NCBI RefSeq assembly: GCF_046105845.1
Contig: NZ_CP151004.1
DNA: 64,000 nt
Strand: one strand, 5' to 3'
DNA from: Escherichia coli
Lineage (GTDB): Bacteria > Pseudomonadota > Gammaproteobacteria > Enterobacterales > Enterobacteriaceae
The position numbers and the translations under genes are program-made. The stretch's first letter is position 1, and each line of letters opens with the position of its first letter. Below the pieces are notes generated by a model. It ran no database searches, was not told where the DNA came from, and saw only the letters and a list, made by a program, of their open reading frames with translations. Shown here piece after piece: positions 1-11,227 of this stretch.

Positions 1-50
1 GGAAAAGGCGTTTACGTTGCATCCGGCATAAAAACACGCGCACTTCGTTA

Positions 51-79
51 CGGCTTCCCCCAGGAGGCCGTTTTTTTTT
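51..79 (+). terminator. Candidate intrinsic terminator (GC stem cggcttcc/ggaggccg followed by a T9 run), probably ending the upstream gene that lies before the window
   Basis: Seen in sequence: 7-8 bp stem with 4-nt loop followed by ttttttttt at 71-79. Upstream gene not visible in the window. Confidence 0.5.
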
Positions 80-139
80 GCCTGTCATTCTGATTAATTT
101 TCATATTGTCGTTTTTGTGATCATTATCTCGACATTTAA

Positions 140-1075
<936 letters not shown>

Positions 1076-1076
1076 T

Positions 1077-2339
<1,263 letters not shown>

Positions 2340-2348
2340 GGACGGTAT

Positions 2349-2801
2349 ATGACTAACCTGTTTGTTCGTAGCGGAATTTCTTTTGTCGATCGTAGCGAAG
2401 TTTTAACCCATATCGGTAATGAGATGCTCGCGAAAGGTGTGGTTCATGATACCTGGCCACAGGCATTAATTGCCAGAGAAGCAGAATTCCCTACCGGGAT
2501 AATGCTTGAGCAGCACGCCATTGCAATACCGCATTGTGAGGCGATTCATGCTAAGTCGTCAGCCATTTATCTGTTAAGGCCTACAAATAAAGTTCATTTT
2601 CAGCAAGCGGATGATGATAACGACGTGGCGGTATCGTTGGTTATTGCGTTAATTGTGGAAAATCCGCAGCAGCAATTGAAACTTTTACGCTGTTTATTTG
2701 GCAAGTTACAACAGCCCGATATCGTCGAGACACTAATCACTCTTCCTGAAACCCAGTTAAAGGAATACTTCACAAAGTATGTTTTAGATTCAGACGAATA
2801 A
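2349..2801 (+). CDS. gatA: Galactitol-specific PTS enzyme IIA
   Basis: 150-aa ORF in gat operon order. Confidence 0.9.
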   Translation: MTNLFVRSGISFVDRSEVLTHIGNEMLAKGVVHDTWPQALIAREAEFPTGIMLEQHAIAIPHCEAIHAKSSAIYLLRPTNKVHFQQADDDNDVAVSLVIALIVENPQQQLKLLRCLFGKLQQPDIVETLITLPETQLKEYFTKYVLDSDE

Positions 2802-2831
2802 ATCCCTCTGTAACAATAAAAAGGACTATTT

Positions 2832-3116
2832 ATGAAACGCAAGATTATTGTCGCTTGCGGAGGCGCGGTTGCGACCTCCACGATGGCGGCGGAAGAAATT
2901 AAAGAGTTGTGTCAGAGTCATAATATTCCTGTTGAATTAATCCAGTGTCGGGTTAATGAAATAGAGACCTATATGGATGGCGTGCATTTGATATGTACTA
3001 CCGCCAAAGTTGACCGTAGTTTTGGCGATATTCCGTTAGTTCACGGCATGCCTTTTGTTTCTGGTGTCGGTATCGAAGCATTACAAAATAAAATTCTGAC
3101 TATCTTACAGGGGTGA
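2832..3116 (+). CDS. gatB: Galactitol-specific PTS enzyme IIB
   Basis: 94-aa ORF with N-terminal Cys motif ([11 protein letters not shown]) typical of EIIB; operon context. Confidence 0.9.
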   Translation: MKRKIIVACGGAVATSTMAAEEIKELCQSHNIPVELIQCRVNEIETYMDGVHLICTTAKVDRSFGDIPLVHGMPFVSGVGIEALQNKILTILQG

Positions 3117-3119
3117 CCT

Positions 3120-4475
3120 ATGTTTTCAGAAGTCATGCGTTATATTCTCGACCTCGGCCCTACGGTGATGCTGCCGATTGTCATCATTATTTTTTCTAAA
3201 ATATTAGGCATGAAGGCAGGCGATTGCTTTAAAGCGGGTCTGCATATCGGGATTGGCTTTGTTGGCATTGGCCTTGTGATTGGCTTAATGCTGGATTCCA
3301 TTGGTCCGGCGGCGAAAGCGATGGCGGAAAATTTCGACCTGAAACTGCATGTGGTCGATGTCGGTTGGCCGGGCTCTTCACCAATGACCTGGGCGTCGCA
3401 AATTGCGCTGGTGGCGATTCCGATTGCGATTCTGGTTAACGTGGCGATGCTACTGACCCGTATGACGCGGGTGGTAAATGTTGATATCTGGAATATCTGG
3501 CATATGACCTTCACCGGCGCATTGCTGCATCTGGCAACCGGTTCATGGATGTTAGGGATGGCGGGTGTGGTAATTCACGCGGCGTTTGTTTATAAGCTCG
3601 GCGACTGGTTTGCCCGCGATACCCGAAATTTCTTTGAGCTGGAAGGCATTGCTATTCCGCACGGTACGTCGGCGTATCTGGGGCCAATTGCGGTGCTGGT
3701 GGATGCTATCATCGAGAAAATCCCAGGCGTTAACCGTATTAAATTTAGCGCCGACGATATTCAGCGCAAATTTGGCCCATTTGGCGAACCTGTCACCGTG
3801 GGCTTTGTGATGGGGCTGATTATCGGCATCCTCGCGGGTTACGATGTCAAAGGTGTATTGCAGCTGGCGGTAAAAACGGCGGCAGTTATGCTGCTGATGC
3901 CACGGGTGATTAAACCCATCATGGATGGTTTAACGCCTATCGCTAAGCAGGCCCGTAGTCGTTTACAGGCGAAGTTCGGCGGTCAGGAGTTCCTGATTGG
4001 CCTTGATCCGGCGTTGCTGCTGGGGCATACGGCGGTGGTATCGGCAAGCCTGATTTTTATCCCGCTCACCATTTTAATTGCTGTTTGTGTGCCGGGTAAT
4101 CAGGTGCTGCCGTTTGGCGATCTTGCAACTATCGGCTTCTTTGTGGCGATGGCAGTTGCCGTGCATCGTGGAAATCTGTTCCGCACCTTAATCTCGGGTG
4201 TCATCATTATGAGCATCACCCTGTGGATCGCGACGCAAACTATTGGTTTGCACACCCAACTGGCGGCTAATGCTGGGGCGTTAAAAGCCGGAGGTATGGT
4301 GGCTTCAATGGATCAGGGCGGTTCTCCCATTACCTGGTTACTGATTCAGCTTTTCTCCCCGCAAAATATTCCCGGTTTCATTATTATCGGCGCAATTTAT
4401 CTTACCGGTATTTTCATGACCTGGCGTAGAGCGCGTGGTTTTATTAAACAAGAGAAAGCCGTTCTCGCAGAATAA
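3120..4475 (+). CDS. gatC: Galactitol-specific PTS enzyme IIC permease
   Basis: 451-aa highly hydrophobic polytopic ORF; operon context. Confidence 0.92.
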   Translation: MFSEVMRYILDLGPTVMLPIVIIIFSKILGMKAGDCFKAGLHIGIGFVGIGLVIGLMLDSIGPAAKAMAENFDLKLHVVDVGWPGSSPMTWASQIALVAIPIAILVNVAMLLTRMTRVVNVDIWNIWHMTFTGALLHLATGSWMLGMAGVVIHAAFVYKLGDWFARDTRNFFELEGIAIPHGTSAYLGPIAVLVDAIIEKIPGVNRIKFSADDIQRKFGPFGEPVTVGFVMGLIIGILAGYDVKGVLQLAVKTAAVMLLMPRVIKPIMDGLTPIAKQARSRLQAKFGGQEFLIGLDPALLLGHTAVVSASLIFIPLTILIAVCVPGNQVLPFGDLATIGFFVAMAVAVHRGNLFRTLISGVIIMSITLWIATQTIGLHTQLAANAGALKAGGMVASMDQGGSPITWLLIQLFSPQNIPGFIIIGAIYLTGIFMTWRRARGFIKQEKAVLAE

Positions 4476-4522
4476 TTTTTACCTGAGGGGGAGTTTATCC
4501 CCCTTAATAATCAGGAGTTTTT

Positions 4523-5563
4523 ATGAAATCAGTGGTGAATGATACTGATGGTATCGTACGCGTTGCCCAACGAGTCATTCCTGAAATTAAACATCAGGAT
4601 GAGGTGCGGGTAAAAATTGCCAGCTCGGGATTATGTGGTTCCGATTTACCCAGAATTTTTAAAAATGGTGCACATTATTATCCAATAACGTTAGGCCATG
4701 AATTTAGCGGCTATATTGATGCTGTGGGATCCGGTGTTGATGATTTACATCCTGGCGATGCGGTTGCCTGTGTGCCGTTATTACCCTGTTTTACTTGTCC
4801 AGAGTGTCTGAAAGGGTTTTATTCCCAGTGCGCAAAATATGATTTTATTGGTTCACGGCGTGATGGTGGGTTTGCCGAATATATTGTCGTTAACCGAAAA
4901 AATGTCTTTGCTCTACCTGCGGATATGCCTATTGAGGATGGGGCTTTTATTGAACCGATTACCGTTGGCCTGCATGCTTTTCATTTAGCGCAAGGTTGTG
5001 AGAATAAAAACGTTATTATTATTGGTGCCGGAACCATTGGCCTGCTGGCTATTCAGTGCGCTGTCGCGCTGGGAGCAAAGAGTGTGACGGCGATCGACAT
5101 TAGCTCAGAAAAACTGGCACTGGCAAAATCTTTCGGTGCGATGCAAACATTTAACAGCCTTGAAATGAGCGCGCCGCAAATGCAGGGCGTTTTACGCGAG
5201 CTGCGCTTTAATCAGCTTATCCTCGAGACGGCTGGCGTCCCGCAAACCGTCGAACTGGCGGTAGAGATTGCCGGGCCTCATGCCCAGCTGGCGCTGGTGG
5301 GCACGTTGCATCAGGATCTGCATTTAACATCGGCAACGTTTGGCAAAATATTACGTAAAGAGCTGACGGTTATCGGCAGCTGGATGAACTACTCCAGCCC
5401 TTGGCCGGGGCAGGAGTGGGAAACGGCGAGCCGGTTGCTGACAGAACGTAAGTTAAGCCTGGAGCCATTAATCGCTCACCGTGGAAGCTTTGAAAGCTTC
5501 GCCCAGGCGGTGCGTGACATCGCTCGTAATGCTATGCCGGGCAAAGTATTGCTCATTCCCTGA
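4523..5563 (+). CDS. gatD: Galactitol-1-phosphate 5-dehydrogenase (Zn-dependent MDR family)
   Basis: 346-aa ORF with zinc-ADH Cys/His motifs (GLCGSDL, CFTCPEC) and Rossmann motif GAGTIG. Confidence 0.92.
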   Translation: MKSVVNDTDGIVRVAQRVIPEIKHQDEVRVKIASSGLCGSDLPRIFKNGAHYYPITLGHEFSGYIDAVGSGVDDLHPGDAVACVPLLPCFTCPECLKGFYSQCAKYDFIGSRRDGGFAEYIVVNRKNVFALPADMPIEDGAFIEPITVGLHAFHLAQGCENKNVIIIGAGTIGLLAIQCAVALGAKSVTAIDISSEKLALAKSFGAMQTFNSLEMSAPQMQGVLRELRFNQLILETAGVPQTVELAVEIAGPHAQLALVGTLHQDLHLTSATFGKILRKELTVIGSWMNYSSPWPGQEWETASRLLTERKLSLEPLIAHRGSFESFAQAVRDIARNAMPGKVLLIP

Positions 5564-5569
5564 AACCGC

Positions 5570-5590
5570 GGGCCAGCGTGATGCTGGCCC
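5570..5590 (+). other. Perfect 8-bp stem-loop (gggccagc/gctggccc) between gatD and gatR, no U-tract
   Basis: Seen in sequence; could be an RNA-stability or partial termination element. Confidence 0.3.
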
Positions 5591-5668
5591 GGTATTGTGC
5601 AAAACAGATCATTCACCAATGGTCCCCCTTCGTTTACACTAGCCACAATTGAATATGGGTAAATGACG

Positions 5669-6442
5669 ATGAATTCATTCGAGCGAAGGAATAAGATCAT
5701 CCAATTAGTGAATGAACAGGGAACCGTGCTTGTTCAGGATCTGGCGGGAGTATTTGCTGCCTCGGAAGCGACAATCCGTGCCGATTTGCGCTTTCTTGAA
5801 CAAAAAGGCGTGGTTACGCGCTTTCATGGCGGTGCGGCGAAAATAATGTCCGGTAATAGTGAAACCGAGACCCAGGAAGTCGGGTTTAAAGAGCGATTTC
5901 AGCTCGCCAGTGCGCCAAAAAACAGAATAGCGCAGGCGGCAGTCAAAATGATCCACGAAGGGATGACCGTTATTCTCGACAGCGGAAGTACGACAATGCT
6001 TATCGCCGAAGGTTTAATGACCGCCAAAAATATCACGGTGATTACCAACAGTCTCCCGGCGGCGTTTGCCCTTTCCGAAAATAAAGACATTACTCTGGTC
6101 GTCTGTGGTGGGACCGTCCGCCATAAAACACGCTCGATGCATGGTTCCATTGCCGAGCGTTCATTGCAGGATATTAATGCCGATTTAATGTTTGTGGGTG
6201 CTGATGGTATTGATGCGGTTAATGGTATTACGACCTTTAATGAAGGCTATTCGATTAGCGGGGCGATGGTCACAGCCGCAAATAAAGTGATTGCCGTTCT
6301 CGATTCATCGAAATTTAATCGTCGCGGTTTTAATCAGGTACTGCCAATCGAAAAAATCGACATTATTATTACCGACGATGCTGTGTCAGAGGTGGATAAA
6401 CTGGCATTGCAGAAGACACGGGTGAAATTAATTACGGTGTAG
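5669..6442 (+). CDS. gatR: DeoR-family transcriptional repressor of the gat operon (apparently intact)
   Basis: ORF 5663..6442 (259 aa); N-terminal HTH, DeoR-type C-terminal domain. Start set at 5669 (MNSFERR...), with 5663 as alternative. Uninterrupted reading frame. Confidence 0.88.
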   Translation: MNSFERRNKIIQLVNEQGTVLVQDLAGVFAASEATIRADLRFLEQKGVVTRFHGGAAKIMSGNSETETQEVGFKERFQLASAPKNRIAQAAVKMIHEGMTVILDSGSTTMLIAEGLMTAKNITVITNSLPAAFALSENKDITLVVCGGTVRHKTRSMHGSIAERSLQDINADLMFVGADGIDAVNGITTFNEGYSISGAMVTAANKVIAVLDSSKFNRRGFNQVLPIEKIDIIITDDAVSEVDKLALQKTRVKLITV

Positions 6443-6455
6443 TATTGCTCTGTAT

Positions 6456-6484
6456 GCCGGATAAAGTTTTTACACCGCATCCGG
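6456..6484. repeat. REP-like palindromic element (gccggat...atccggc) in the convergent gatR/yegS intergenic region
   Basis: Seen in sequence: inverted repeat GCCGGAT / ATCCGGC typical of enterobacterial REP units. Confidence 0.6.
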
Positions 6485-6523
6485 CATTACGGATTCTCCC
6501 TGGTTCAAGAGAGAATAGTGTGA

Positions 6524-7423
6524 TTAACGCAACAATGGGCAATCTGGTGGTAATCGACAACGCAACGCCGCCGGAAGTATTTCAATATGAAAGTTTTGTC
6601 CGCTCAACGGTTCGCCATCAAGATTAAAAGTGATTTCGTGTGGGGCTTGTATATCAAACCACGACGAAGCGCCTTCGATAATATTCGGGTTATCTTCGTC
6701 AGATTTTAATGTTGATACGAGAGCCGGAAGAATTTCATCGCCGGTAAAAATGCGCAGTTGCAGCAAGCCATCGTTAATTAACGCGTTCGGGCACAATTGC
6801 TGACCGCCACCGGCCTGACGCCCGTTACCAATACCAATGACCAGGGCGTCACCTTGCCAGTGAAAGTTTTCACCGCGGATCTCACAACGGTCCGGTTGCA
6901 GAGTATCCATGCGCATTAAGCCATGAATGATGTAAGAGACGCCACCCAGCGCGGCTTTTAATTTTTCCGGCGTTTCTGTGGTAATACGCGTCCCAAATCC
7001 GCCTGTCGCCATATTAATAAAACAGGTTTGTTTGTTGACCTGCGCCATATCTATCGCAATGGCGTCACCGGCAATTGCCAGTTTCAGCGCCTTATCCAGT
7101 GCCTCAGGAATCCCTACACTGGTGGCAAAATCATTGGCGGTTCCTAATGGTAAAATTCCCAGCGCGGGTATGTCATCCCCCTCACACTGAATCAACGCCG
7201 TAGAAACTTCATTAATGGTGCCATCGCCACCACCGGCAATCACCGTTGCGACGCCCAACTTCCGGGCCTCCTCTACATATCGTGCGGCATCGCCTTTCTC
7301 CCAGGTGACCCGCACATGGATCGTCATTCCTTCCTCACGCAACAGCATAATTGCTTCGCGCAAGGGTAGATTGTCAGTACTTTTGCCATTAAGAATCAGT
7401 AAGCTGGCGGGAAAATCTGCCAT
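6524..7423 (-). CDS. yegS: Lipid kinase YegS (diacylglycerol-kinase catalytic-domain family)
   Basis: 299-aa ORF with GGDGT motif; recognised as YegS. Confidence 0.9.
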   Translation of the reverse strand: MADFPASLLILNGKSTDNLPLREAIMLLREEGMTIHVRVTWEKGDAARYVEEARKLGVATVIAGGGDGTINEVSTALIQCEGDDIPALGILPLGTANDFATSVGIPEALDKALKLAIAGDAIAIDMAQVNKQTCFINMATGGFGTRITTETPEKLKAALGGVSYIIHGLMRMDTLQPDRCEIRGENFHWQGDALVIGIGNGRQAGGGQQLCPNALINDGLLQLRIFTGDEILPALVSTLKSDEDNPNIIEGASSWFDIQAPHEITFNLDGEPLSGQNFHIEILPAALRCRLPPDCPLLR

Positions 7424-7836
7424 GATCGTATGTGCCTTTATGATTGGTCTGTAGATAGTGTAGAGCAGAAAAGAAAAGGTGGAGTCAGAACAGGATGAAA
7501 GTCTGAGGATAAAAAGTCAGTTCAAGTATGGGGGATTCAGTGGTTACCACCAGGAGCTTGCAATGGGAACCGCGAATATTAACGGTAGCCACCGATAAAT
7601 TTCAAAAAAGAGCATATGCCTAATATTCAACCAAACAGTGGCATCTTAAATATACTATTCCAAATATATTAAAGCCCCATGGAGTTACTTGGAAAGGGCC
7701 TTCATGTCTGTAATTCCTACTTATGTAGGAAATGTTGTACAGAACATTTATTATAATCCTATTCAAATATAATAATCAGCCATTATTATATTTAAACACT
7801 AGAGAGTGTCGTTGGTATTTAATGGGGGAAGGTGAG

Positions 7837-8154
7837 ATGAAAAAGATAGCTGCTATATCATTAATTAGTATTTTTATTATGTCTGGTTGTGCTGTGCATA
7901 ATGATGAGACAAGTATCGGTAAATTTGGTCTTGCATATAAAAGTAATATTCAGCGTAAACTCGATAACCAATACTACACCGAAGCCGAAGCTTCTTTAGC
8001 CAGGGGCAGAATATCTGGTGCAGAAAATATAGTAAAAAATGATGCAGCCCATTTCTGTGTTACTCAGGGCAAAAAAATGCAGATAGTTGACCTGAAGACA
8101 GAAGGTGCAGGATTACATGGCGTCGCTCGTCTGACATTCAAATGTGGAGAGTGA
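7837..8154 (+). CDS. yegR: Small predicted lipoprotein YegR (105 aa)
   Basis: ORF track gives 7732..8154, but the in-frame ATG at 7837 is preceded by an RBS (gggggaaggtgag) and starts a lipoprotein signal peptide MKKIAAISLISIFIMSGC (lipobox MSGC). Confidence 0.8.
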   Translation: MKKIAAISLISIFIMSGCAVHNDETSIGKFGLAYKSNIQRKLDNQYYTEAEASLARGRISGAENIVKNDAAHFCVTQGKKMQIVDLKTEGAGLHGVARLTFKCGE

Positions 8155-8312
8155 GAATATTTTTTGGTAAGCGTCAAACATGCGCGTTCTGGTTGTGCTT
8201 AGCCGGAACCAGTGCGAGCACGATGCCGTTACGTGAAAGGCATCGTGCTATGAAGGGAGATTCTATCGATGTGGTCAATGGAAGACGGTGACCAGGGATA
8301 GGGCTTATGCAT

Positions 8313-8399
8313 AAAAAATAAGCCCGTGTAAGGGAGATTACACAGGCTAAGGAGGTGGTTCCTGGTACAGCTAGCATTTTATGGGTTATGTTTTTCAGC
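8313..8399 (-). ncRNA. cyaR: CyaR (RyeE) Hfq-dependent small RNA
   Basis: Minus-strand sequence GCTGAAAAACATAACCCATAAAATGCTAGCTGTACCAGGAACCACCTCCTTAGCCTGTGTAATCTCCCTTACACGGGCTTATTTTTT matches my recollection of CyaR, including the terminator hairpin (CCCTTACACGGGC) plus U-tract; located downstream of yegQ as in K-12. Confidence 0.85.
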
Positions 8400-8433
8400 G
8401 AAACGGATGATAACCTTAATAAATGCAGCTGTA

Positions 8434-8449
8434 TGTGATCGGTTTCTAA
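8434..8449. promoter_or_regulatory. Candidate CRP site (TGTGA-N6-TCTAA) centred about 42 bp upstream of the CyaR 5' end
   Basis: Seen in sequence: TGTGATCGGTTTCTAA; CyaR is known to be cAMP-CRP activated. The right half-site is imperfect. Confidence 0.45.
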
Positions 8450-8483
8450 GAATTTTCCATCCGGGAAAAATAATCGAAATTAA

Positions 8484-9845
8484 TCACTTACCGTGGGGGT
8501 TACGCGTGGTTTCCCCGGAGAAATTACGCATCAGCAGCGCGTAATTTAGCTCAAGATCCTGCGGCACCGGGATCCACACAGTATAACCATCGCCCGGTGC
8601 GACCGGCATTGCTTCGCCTTTGGCGTTTTCCATCTGCTCAAGGGTAAAGTTAATGTTGCCATGCGGCGTCATCAGCTCAAGGCTGTCGCCAACGGAGAAT
8701 TTATTTTTCACCGCTACCGCCGCGAGGTCGCCCTTGCGCTCACCGGTAAACTCACCAACAAACTGCTGGCGGTCAGAAACTGAATAACCGTATTCGTAGT
8801 TCTGATAATCATCGTGAGTATGACGACGCAGGAAACCTTCGGTATAGCCACGATGCGCCAGACCTTCCAGAGTTTCCAGCAGGCTGGTATCGAACGGTTT
8901 GCCCGCAGCGGCGTCATCGATAGCTTTACGATAAACCTGCGCGGTGCGTGCGCAATAGTAGAAAGATTTGGTACGGCCTTCGATTTTCAGCGAATGCACG
9001 CCCATTTTGGTCAGGCGTTCAACGTGGGCGATGGCACGCAGATCTTTCGAGTTCATGATGTAAGTGCCGTGCTCATCTTCAAACGCGGTCATATACTCGC
9101 CCGGACGCTGGGCTTCTTCGATCATAAACACTTTGTCGGTCGGCGCGCCGATACCCAGCGTCGGCTCAACATTTTGCACCGGAATCGGCTCGTACTTATG
9201 TACGATGTTGCCAACATCATCTTCTTTCCCTTCCTGGACGTTGTACTCCCAGCGGCAGGCGTTGGTGCAGGTGCCCTGGTTCGGGTCGCGCTTGTTGATA
9301 TAGCCAGAGAGCAGGCAGCGACCGGAGTAGGCCATGCACAGCGCGCCGTGAACGAAGATTTCGATCTCCATATCTGGCACCTGATTGCGGATCTCTTCAA
9401 TCTCTTCCAGCGACAGCTCGCGAGAGAGGATCACGCGGGTCAGGCCCATTTGCTGCCAGAATTTCACCGTCGCCCAGTTCACGGCGTTAGCCTGTACCGA
9501 GAGATGGATTGGCATTTCAGGGAAGTGCTCACGCACCAGCATAATCAGCCCTGGATCAGACATAATCAGCGCATCCGGCCCCATTTCCACCACCGGTTTC
9601 AGGTCACGGATAAAGGTTTTCAGCTTGGCGTTGTGCGGTGCAATGTTGACCACGACATAAAACTTTTTCCCCAGCGCATGGGCTTCATTAATGCCGAGCT
9701 GAAGATTTTCGTGGTTGAATTCGTTGTTGCGCACACGCAGGGAGTAACGCGGCTGGCCCGCATAAACAGCATCTGCGCCATAAGCGAAAGCGTAACGCAT
9801 ATTTTTCAGCGTTCCCGCCGGGGAAAGGAGTTCCGGTTTAAACAT
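8484..9845 (-). CDS. yegQ: Peptidase U32-family protein (YegQ/TrhP-type, implicated in tRNA U34 hydroxylation)
   Basis: 453-aa ORF; recognised as YegQ by sequence and position. Confidence 0.88.
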   Translation of the reverse strand: MFKPELLSPAGTLKNMRYAFAYGADAVYAGQPRYSLRVRNNEFNHENLQLGINEAHALGKKFYVVVNIAPHNAKLKTFIRDLKPVVEMGPDALIMSDPGLIMLVREHFPEMPIHLSVQANAVNWATVKFWQQMGLTRVILSRELSLEEIEEIRNQVPDMEIEIFVHGALCMAYSGRCLLSGYINKRDPNQGTCTNACRWEYNVQEGKEDDVGNIVHKYEPIPVQNVEPTLGIGAPTDKVFMIEEAQRPGEYMTAFEDEHGTYIMNSKDLRAIAHVERLTKMGVHSLKIEGRTKSFYYCARTAQVYRKAIDDAAAGKPFDTSLLETLEGLAHRGYTEGFLRRHTHDDYQNYEYGYSVSDRQQFVGEFTGERKGDLAAVAVKNKFSVGDSLELMTPHGNINFTLEQMENAKGEAMPVAPGDGYTVWIPVPQDLELNYALLMRNFSGETTRNPHGK

Positions 9846-9992
9846 AATTCTCTCGTTCTGATGACAGGTCAGATCCGCTTCACCTGATGAAGCGGTTAGG
9901 GGAGTGCCCCCACTTTAAGGGCGGGCATTGTAGCGCTGTAGGGGGGAGCTGGTAAAGCGCCAGACGCCAACAACACGCGCCCGGCATCGTAA

Positions 9993-10325
9993 TTACGTAT
10001 TGTCTTTCACCGTCTGGCTTGTGCCATTGGCTTTAACGGAGGCAATTCCGGTTTCACGAGATTGCGCGGTGGCGTACATCTGGCTGGAGCCGATAATTTG
10101 ATGATTGGCGGCTTTCAGATTGAAATAGAATTTGCCGTTGCTTGCCGTTTTTTTCTCATAGCGTTCTTCTTGCGGGCTGTTGCTACGCACCGACGCGATA
10201 CCCTTTTCCGCAGAGGCTTTTGAGGTATATAGCTCGCTGGTGAGGATAGTCTCACCATTGCCCGCTTTTAGCACAAACCGGAACTGATTATCACTGCTCT
10301 TACTGAGTTCAAACCAACCAGCCAT
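9993..10325 (-). CDS. yegP: UPF0339/DUF1508 tandem-domain protein YegP
   Basis: ORF 9993..10364; likely true start is the internal ATG at 10325 (MAGWFELSKSSDNQFRF..., 110 aa). Two internal repeats of the KASAEKGIASV / RETGIASVKANG motif are visible. Confidence 0.8.
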   Translation of the reverse strand: MAGWFELSKSSDNQFRFVLKAGNGETILTSELYTSKASAEKGIASVRSNSPQEERYEKKTASNGKFYFNLKAANHQIIGSSQMYATAQSRETGIASVKANGTSQTVKDNT

Positions 10326-10463
10326 AATGACTCCTTGATTGAAATTGCGTATCGAAAACAGCATCTAAAAGGACTGTTTACCGATTAAAGTATGAGCGAT
10401 TTTCAGGCGGTTGCCAGGGCGAAGAGATAATGTCAGATAGCCGACAATGCATGGGATAATGTT

Positions 10464-10495
10464 GCCGGATGCGGCGTGAATGCCTTCTCCGGCAG
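10464..10495. repeat. REP element (gccggatgcggcgtgaatgccttctccggcag)
   Basis: Seen in sequence: classic REP consensus GCCGGATGCGGCGTGAA. Confidence 0.65.
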
Positions 10496-10504
10496 GTAAA
10501 AATG

Positions 10505-11227
10505 TTAAACGATGCGGCAGGCGTCGGCTTCCCAGCGGTAACCGACGCCGTAAACGGCACGGATAAAGGACTGTTCGGCGTCGAGAGATTCCAGCTTGCG
10601 ACGCAGGTTTTTAATGTGGCTGTCGATGGTGCGGTCGGTTACTACGCGGTAGTCGTCATAAAGATGATTGAGCAATTGCTCGCGGGAGAACACTTTTCCT
10701 GGTTCATGAGAGAGCGTTTTCAACAGACGAAATTCCGCAGGCGTCAGGTCAAGCATTTTTCCGCGCCAGGAAGCCTGAAAACGACCTTCGTCGATAATCA
10801 ACGGGCTTTCAGCATCCTGTTGCTGCAACTCACGCTGGGGTTTGCAACGGCGCAAAATGGTTTTGACGCGCGCTACCACTTCCCGTGGGCTGTACGGTTT
10901 GCAGATGTAGTCATCAGCGCCAATTTCCAGCCCCAGCAGGCGGTCGATCTCTTCGATTTTTGCTGTCACCATCACGATCGGAATGTCAGAAAAACGACGA
11001 ATTTCCCGGCACAGCGTCAGGCCATCGGTGCCAGGGAGCATCAGATCCAGCAGGATCAGATCCGGTGGTGTCTGGCGCACATACGGCAGTACCTGATCGC
11101 CGTGGCTGATAAGCGTCGGCGCATAGCTCGCAGCACGCAGATAATCAATGAGCAACTGCCCCAGCTTCGGTTCATCTTCCACGATCAAAATACGCGGTGT
11201 GTTTTCGTCGATTGGTAACTCGGTCAT
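10505..11227 (-). CDS. baeR: OmpR-family response regulator BaeR
   Basis: 240-aa ORF with receiver domain (ILIVEDEPK...LLDLMLPG) and winged-helix C-terminus; directly downstream of baeS. Confidence 0.93.

Noticed and set aside
7732-7836. N-terminal extension of the yegR ORF (140-aa version)
   Set aside because: The upstream in-frame start lacks an RBS and would bury the lipoprotein signal peptide internally; the ATG at 7837 has a good SD and yields a canonical lipoprotein.
8174-8377. 67-aa ORF on the - strand
   Set aside because: Overlaps the CyaR sRNA and its terminator; the region is better explained as a non-coding RNA gene.
8814-9887. 357-aa ORF on the + strand
   Set aside because: Lies entirely antisense to the well-supported yegQ CDS; translation is low-complexity with no recognisable domain. 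Shadow ORF.
10469-11218. 249-aa ORF on the + strand
   Set aside because: Antisense to baeR; shadow ORF in a GC-rich coding region.
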